From positions 1 to 53,664 of the forward strand of contig JALSZC010000068.1 in the NCBI GenBank assembly GCA_027059605.1: a DNA stretch of 53,664 nt. The letters are read 5' to 3'. Below, piece by piece: positions 49,001-53,664 of the stretch. The notes beneath the pieces were generated by a model that saw nothing but the letters and a program-made list of their open reading frames with translations, did not search any database and was not told where the DNA came from. The first letter of the stretch is position 1; every line of letters begins with the position of its first letter. This DNA is from Ghiorsea sp. (GTDB lineage Bacteria > Pseudomonadota > Zetaproteobacteria > Mariprofundales > Mariprofundaceae). Made by a program: the position numbers and the translations under genes.

Positions 49001-51555
49001 CCACCTTTGGCTTCAATATTTCGCAAACCTATAATCTTATCATACGCAGAAACCAGCACGGATGCACTGCGATGAGTAACCCGACCACTGCCTGATTCGG
49101 TAACATCTACATTGCTGACCAATTTCATCACTGTTGGAAAAGCACTCTCCATACCCTGAACTGAAATATTGAGTTGTGCCAAACCATCTTTGTCCAACTT
49201 ACCTTCAATGGGCTGCAACACCATCGCTGCCTGCGTATTTAAACTGTATTCACCTGTAGAAAAATCCTTATGACCAGGCACTGTAAACCATGCAGGTTTT
49301 AAAGAAAAACGTGCCTTATAGCTACCTTCTGCAACAGGTGGGCCAAACAAATATTTTGCATCCACATCAAAGGCAATATCTTCTGCTACGGTGTATTGTT
49401 TTACCTTACTGCTTACCTTCAAACCAATGCGCTCAGGCACAAATTCTTCCACAAAGAAACCATATGTATTTAATTGCTTCTCACCACTGCTCAAAACAAC
49501 CTGATATTTACCCGTTCCAGCATAGTCATCAAGCTTCACATTCAAGCTTGTTACACCAAAGTCCGAACTGCGAACATGAACCTCTTTCACGACCTTTTGC
49601 CTTGGCGAGATCACTTTCCAATGCAATGGTACACCTTTGGCTGATTTTCGTTCCCCACTCCAAACCACAGCCGCAAGATTCACCGTTTCCCCAGGTCGAT
49701 ATACACCCCTAGATGCATAAATATAAGCTTCTAAGGCTGTTTTATTCATGCCATAAGCACGCAAGTTTTCCTGTGCATCACCATTGGACAATACCACATC
49801 ACTAAAGCGCATATAGGATAAGTCATCATCAGTAGATAAAATAAGTGCATAGGGTTTCTTAGGCTGCTTCATCACCCCTTTTAATATACACGCACCTTCA
49901 TCATTGGTTGTACAAGAAGCAATTTCAAAATTGTTATAACTCATCACTTGAACACGCACATTGCCTTTGGCGGTAAAGTCTTTAGCTGTTCGCGTCCAAA
50001 TATATAAATCAGTTGCATCTCTTTTGGCAATGGCTGCCAAGTCTGTCACTACAATCATCGCTGAGTCTGTAAACACTTCAGCATTATTTTTATGCCGTTG
50101 ATACAACAGCACCTCATAAATACCTTTACCAGCACTGGTCATTTCTGATAAACCAATCGAGCCTCGGGCTTTTTTATCCGCTTTCATTTCCAGTTTCAAT
50201 TGGGTTTTAAAGACTTGTTCAGCAACTGCATCAGTGGTTTGGTTCTGTGCCATCCAAAACACAAGGTTTTGTGGTGGCACACGCTTCACTACCACAGACA
50301 TCGCATCTACATTTCTATATTCAAATGCAATTTCTGCACCATCCAATTTAGGCATGTAACGTGCCTTGTTTAAAAAACTTAATGTTGGTTTAAATGAAGG
50401 TGTTTGCACTATTTTGGTCACTTTCTGTGCCAAATATTCATGTTTTGTACCTTTTAGACCAGGTAACAGTGTGATTTCATACTTTGTTTTTGGTTTAAAT
50501 GCACCAACTAAACGAAAGTTACCTAAACCAGGTACCACCTCAAAATCAACATCTGGAGAAACCTGAACAAAAGGCTTAGCAAGCATGGCATCAATACGAG
50601 GCTGATATGAAACATACTGATTCCTTTGTCCTCGCACATAAAATGGCACATTCATCGCAAAGAAATCACTACCTTCCATGGCTGTAATATGCCCAATTTC
50701 AATTTTTGTGGGCAATTGTAAGGTAACATATTGCGCAGCATTCGATTGTATTTTCCTACCACCAATATTTTCACCATGTACAAAGACAAAACCAAGCTTT
50801 TCACCACCCTTTAATGTTCTGTCACGAATCGTAATTAAAAAATCGTGGTTCATATCCTTCACCACTTCAATATGATTGGCAGGCACTTCTTCCCATATAG
50901 CTTGTGTCGCCCGTTGCACACGAAAAACAATCGACTTTTTCAAGATGTTCACTGGAAAATCAACATTCCACACCATTTTCATTTTGGCATATTGTTTGGG
51001 AGAAAATGATTCAAGCACAAAGGCATTCATCTGCCAACTCGGTGTTTTCACCACATGTGGACCCATATTTTTCACATCAATAGCAATCGGTTTGGTTTTA
51101 CCTGGCAGCGACCGTACCATCACTGCCACATCACTGGTATCCGCCTCAGGGCGTTGCCACTGGATGATAAATTGCTGTGGTGATTGCCAATAGCCAGAAA
51201 AAGGCAAAGGGGGCTCTAAAACAATGCCCGACAAATCGATAGGTGTATCTTTCTTATATGCATTTTGTGCTTGGGGAAATGTTAATACCACGCCCATAGG
51301 CAACATATTTTTATCCATCGTAGGCTCTATAGAAAAATAGGTAGGGTTTGATGCCTGCTGCTGTTGCTCTTGCTCCTGAGGACGAAACACCGATATCGGA
51401 TCCGTTGATTCAGTCGATACTTGAACGCTAGCTTTATTCCCAGTATTTTGATGCACGACAGTTTGTTCAGTATCTTGCGTATTCACCCACCATATGCCTG
51501 AACCGATGGCAATAAGCAAAATAATGAAACCTTTGTATGAAATATTGATTGTCAT
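45991..51555 (-). CDS. Bacterial alpha-2-macroglobulin (YfhM-like)
   Basis: RGVYRPGE, VEEFVPER and LPRFL motifs, with thioester YPYGCIEQ. GGAGG precedes ATG 51555. Confidence 0.94.
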   Translation of the reverse strand: MTINISYKGFIILLIAIGSGIWWVNTQDTEQTVVHQNTGNKASVQVSTESTDPISVFRPQEQEQQQQASNPTYFSIEPTMDKNMLPMGVVLTFPQAQNAYKKDTPIDLSGIVLEPPLPFSGYWQSPQQFIIQWQRPEADTSDVAVMVRSLPGKTKPIAIDVKNMGPHVVKTPSWQMNAFVLESFSPKQYAKMKMVWNVDFPVNILKKSIVFRVQRATQAIWEEVPANHIEVVKDMNHDFLITIRDRTLKGGEKLGFVFVHGENIGGRKIQSNAAQYVTLQLPTKIEIGHITAMEGSDFFAMNVPFYVRGQRNQYVSYQPRIDAMLAKPFVQVSPDVDFEVVPGLGNFRLVGAFKPKTKYEITLLPGLKGTKHEYLAQKVTKIVQTPSFKPTLSFLNKARYMPKLDGAEIAFEYRNVDAMSVVVKRVPPQNLVFWMAQNQTTDAVAEQVFKTQLKLEMKADKKARGSIGLSEMTSAGKGIYEVLLYQRHKNNAEVFTDSAMIVVTDLAAIAKRDATDLYIWTRTAKDFTAKGNVRVQVMSYNNFEIASCTTNDEGACILKGVMKQPKKPYALILSTDDDLSYMRFSDVVLSNGDAQENLRAYGMNKTALEAYIYASRGVYRPGETVNLAAVVWSGERKSAKGVPLHWKVISPRQKVVKEVHVRSSDFGVTSLNVKLDDYAGTGKYQVVLSSGEKQLNTYGFFVEEFVPERIGLKVSSKVKQYTVAEDIAFDVDAKYLFGPPVAEGSYKARFSLKPAWFTVPGHKDFSTGEYSLNTQAAMVLQPIEGKLDKDGLAQLNISVQGMESAFPTVMKLVSNVDVTESGSGRVTHRSASVLVSAYDKIIGLRNIEAKGGNISLEGKLFTPQGQDVKQDAKIQLSLYQIYSNWTYAWNPRLGYNTWQSEDILMREGDTTIVDMKQGHFEAQLHTQMAWGRYVVRAQAVDSKQVSDLVVAMGYSWGRNVSGNKPRSPDQIELIASVKEAHVGDDVTFNFDSPFAGQALFALEAETVLESQWIAVKKGHNSITIQTPDFLPNVYASLLVIKDPKEGHMYVPARAWGSASLKVVPQDFILNVSTTVPDTMRPGNDLVIQLNSNNAKSTEYTVAVVDQGILQLTRFQTPKPLDYFFEPRRLGVSTFETIGWTFPRNMAKKQGQIGGGADAAKNATGRVMPVRLVSSWSGVVQSDAQGKAEVRVPIPSFQGKVRVMVVAAQDGKVGHSEKFVTVRDPLVMQPTLPRFLQWGDSFEIPVFVVNMTGKTQKVKATVSASQSVLLKQTTQVVEIADMQSATLFFPAEVQAFDGKASFQFKVEAGDIETKDSSTLPIIPLSPEQTTHLVLPTEKSFKLADYIPDNLRDNGLKVRFAVSALPYISELKRLGYLIHYPYGCIEQTTSSTMPLLYVEKVLAATNPEALQGKNITDMVYHGLNRLLSMQTISGGFAYWPGGAEPVLWGTAYATHLLLKAKAEGYDVPQHALQDALTFMEEALTTRQYQWRNQHYYYADAEPYMVFVLGLAGKHQKSLIRKLAKQGSWRGGRVLENRFLVMLAAHMAGEKQLAEQMMKDYNLLSIVDAKGRDYNGSYWSSSRTDAMRLSLAEDVWPNDSRLDALTQKVAKKLAHARYLNTQEVAWSVSALGKIASRYQGASIQGIGLKVGKKILPPSSQDKQVTGWHFYNTQVPLDKSLSLQFKGDKAPFLYATVSGYSKSLAALTTSTSLAIKRDYLSLQGKPIDITHIKQGQLLVVRLSLSNHSGNTLDNIAVSDRIPVGFEIENTNLGRNDAMPWIDEKMVFKPEYVDRKDDRINIFGSVPRASQAARSLQYHYIVRAVSVGNFTAAPAKIEAMYEPEKHAYSGYDKVSIQKP

Positions 51556-51656
51556 TGAGTACCCTCCCACAGAGCCCACAGTAACATACTCTAGCCCAGC
51601 ATGGCTAAAAACAAAAGTCTTCCTTCGTACTTACAACTGATTAGCCACTATGGAAG

Positions 51657-52556
51657 TCATTCCACTGCATAACGCACCGACAAAGTATGTGTATCACCAG
51701 CAGCTAGGGTTAGCGTATTATCTGCAGCATTGCCGCTTTCCACACAAAGCATGTTTAAATACGCATCATCTGCACCCAAGTCGCCCATAGCCATGCATTT
51801 ATCCAACCACGGATTCCACACAATGCTTGATTGGCTGCCTTTTTTAACTATATAAATACTGCGTTGCAAAGTTTTATCTTGGATGACTACATCATCACTT
51901 TGGTCAATATAAATTCTATCCACTTCTTCTGTAAAACGCACTGCGCCTTGTTGCGATTTGCGATGGTAAGCCTCTAGTTTATCAAGATAGATACAACCAT
52001 CCAAACCTTGAACTTCAACATCGCGCACATCTTGTACATAAAAGTAAGTATGCAGTGCTTCGCTAATTGGGATGGGAACAGGGCTTTGGTTGTGGGTCGT
52101 AAGTTCAATATTTAAAGTACGACCAAAAACCACTTTGATTTCAACAGGTGTATCATAGTCCCATTGCTCGGTTCGCGTATCTGACAAACGCATCACCACT
52201 TCAATGTCACCATCAGGTAATTCATCCGTGCTCACCAGCTCCCAACCTGCGGTTCGTGCAAAACCATGGGCGGCATAGGCAGGCTCTGTTTCATGGTCAC
52301 CAAACCATGGCCAACAAATGGGGATACCCCCACGAATAGACTTGCCCTTCTCCAACTTGGCATCAGGAGACAACCACAGCACAGGTTTTTCACCTTTGGG
52401 TTGCCAAGTCATCACATGTGCCCCTTGCACTGCCATACTTGCTGAACAAAGTGCTGTATCAATCTCTAGAATAAACAAGCCTTGTTCAGATTCTCGAATA
52501 CGGATGTGCGTATCATTTATACATTGTTGTAAGGCTTGCAAAGATTGAGCCATCAT
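51657..52556 (-). CDS. D-hexose-6-phosphate mutarotase (aldose 1-epimerase family, YeaD-like)
   Basis: IRGGIPICWPWFG, HGFART, ALHTYF, VWNPW and MLCVE. Confidence 0.93.
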   Translation of the reverse strand: MMAQSLQALQQCINDTHIRIRESEQGLFILEIDTALCSASMAVQGAHVMTWQPKGEKPVLWLSPDAKLEKGKSIRGGIPICWPWFGDHETEPAYAAHGFARTAGWELVSTDELPDGDIEVVMRLSDTRTEQWDYDTPVEIKVVFGRTLNIELTTHNQSPVPIPISEALHTYFYVQDVRDVEVQGLDGCIYLDKLEAYHRKSQQGAVRFTEEVDRIYIDQSDDVVIQDKTLQRSIYIVKKGSQSSIVWNPWLDKCMAMGDLGADDAYLNMLCVESGNAADNTLTLAAGDTHTLSVRYAVE

Positions 52557-53664
52557 GACTCCTCGTGTTGGCTGGGATATAGTGCGGCAAGGGTATTTTC
52601 CTGTTTATTTTTGCTTGTCTTATCACCATGCAAAGATGAAATAACACCCCATACATTTTGACCCGACCACTCACTTGCTTCGGATGAGGCATACAAATAC
52701 CTCTCCAAATCTGCAATGGCATCATCCAATGCCTTAGACTTACCCTTAAGTTGAGCCAAATACTGAATACTTTCATCCTTAAAGTATGCGGCTCCCCATT
52801 GCGGCAACAGCTCCAGTGTTTTTCTCGCATCATTGCGCTGACAGGCTTGTTTGAGTGCTTTTTCTACACTTGAAAGTTTGGCAGACACATTGGGTTCACG
52901 TATTTGTTGCTTGAGTGTGCTTCGCTTACGTGTTGCTGCCCACCATAACCACAAGGTCACAAGCCATAAAACTGCCAATACCCATGCTACCCATTGCCAA
53001 AAAGGTGATGCTTTGATTGAAACTTGCTCTGGCATTGCTGCGGGTGCTGCATTAGGCGCAACTGGCTTAGTTTGTGTAGCAACAGGTGGTTGCGCTGCCC
53101 CTTGTCCTAAATTTCCCCCTTGCACTCCCCCTTGCTGTTGGATTGCTGGCAACACCTCAATCTCGCGCCCTGCAATGATGGCATGTTGCAAGGTTTGGGT
53201 TTGTGTATTCCACCATGTCACTCGAATTTCTGGCAGCCATAATTTACCTGCTCGGGTTGGCATCATGGCAACTTTTTCACGACGAATACCAAGAATATTC
53301 CCATTTTTCACCTGTATATCCAATTCAGGTTTATCTGGATAAAGTTTAAACCCTGCAATTGTTTTGCCTTCCAATAAGCTGGGTAGCTGCGCTGCAGTCA
53401 AACCCTCTGCCTGCAACGCAATCACCCGTGTAAATGGCTCGCCCACCCGATAAGTTGGCATGGCATCATCCAACCATTGCTCTTGTAAGGTTAGTGATTT
53501 GGCTGGCAACCACACTCCACCTTTCCATGCGCTAGGTTTGGCTTGCACATGCAAGGTCAATGGCTCACTACGCAAACGAATCGAACGCCCTTGGCTAAAC
53601 ATGCTTCTGCTATTGTTGATGACTGCATCAAGCTGTATCGCAGGAATGGTCAAATCACCTGCTT
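52553..53664 (-). CDS. BatD-family protein, 5'-truncated by the window edge
   Basis: WLPAKSLTL, VGEPFTR, GLTAAQLP and LPEIRVTWWN, followed by a TM helix and C-terminal LAALYP. Confidence 0.85.
   Translation of the reverse strand, partial: AGDLTIPAIQLDAVINNSRSMFSQGRSIRLRSEPLTLHVQAKPSAWKGGVWLPAKSLTLQEQWLDDAMPTYRVGEPFTRVIALQAEGLTAAQLPSLLEGKTIAGFKLYPDKPELDIQVKNGNILGIRREKVAMMPTRAGKLWLPEIRVTWWNTQTQTLQHAIIAGREIEVLPAIQQQGGVQGGNLGQGAAQPPVATQTKPVAPNAAPAAMPEQVSIKASPFWQWVAWVLAVLWLVTLWLWWAATRKRSTLKQQIREPNVSAKLSSVEKALKQACQRNDARKTLELLPQWGAAYFKDESIQYLAQLKGKSKALDDAIADLERYLYASSEASEWSGQNVWGVISSLHGDKTSKNKQENTLAALYPSQHEES

Noticed and set aside
1127-53342. Numerous short ORFs antisense to or nested in long genes
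   Set aside because: No motifs, and they overlap well-supported genes.
43674-53664. A2M-pbpC, mutarotase and batD as part of the novel cluster
   Set aside because: Well-known conserved genes with no evidence of functional linkage; treated as flanking backbone.

Overview
Bacterial chromosomal window in three parts. (1) 1-~3.2 kb is the right half of a small integrative element. It carries a P4-type tyrosine integrase, AlpA, an HTH protein, iteron-like repeats, an amber-interrupted YagK/inovirus-Gp2-like HUH protein, a degenerate 35-bp repeat array and an att-like end. (2) ~3.3-43.6 kb is a ~40 kb surface-polysaccharide locus with wza, wzc, wzx, a wzy-like gene, three GT4 glycosyltransferases and six sulfotransferase domains. 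Embedded in it are a PUFA-synthase-like iterative type I PKS (ER-KS-AT-ACP-ACP-KR plus AT-DH), a free-standing carrier-protein/CurM-like sulfotransferase, a Cys-nucleophile thioesterase and an Sfp PPTase. It also encodes three secreted propeller/FG-GAP proteins (one CRTAC1/UnbV-like), two pectinacetylesterase/Notum-family esterases and two GH-like proteins, one of them disrupted by an IS1595-family element. (3) 43.7-53.7 kb holds ordinary genes: pbpC, alpha-2-macroglobulin, a hexose-6-phosphate mutarotase and a partial BatD-like gene. The best candidate for an undescribed system is the polyketide/sulfation/polysaccharide cluster, which may make a lipidated, heavily sulfated exopolymer or a sulfolipid. 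All family calls come from motif recognition; no database search was run.
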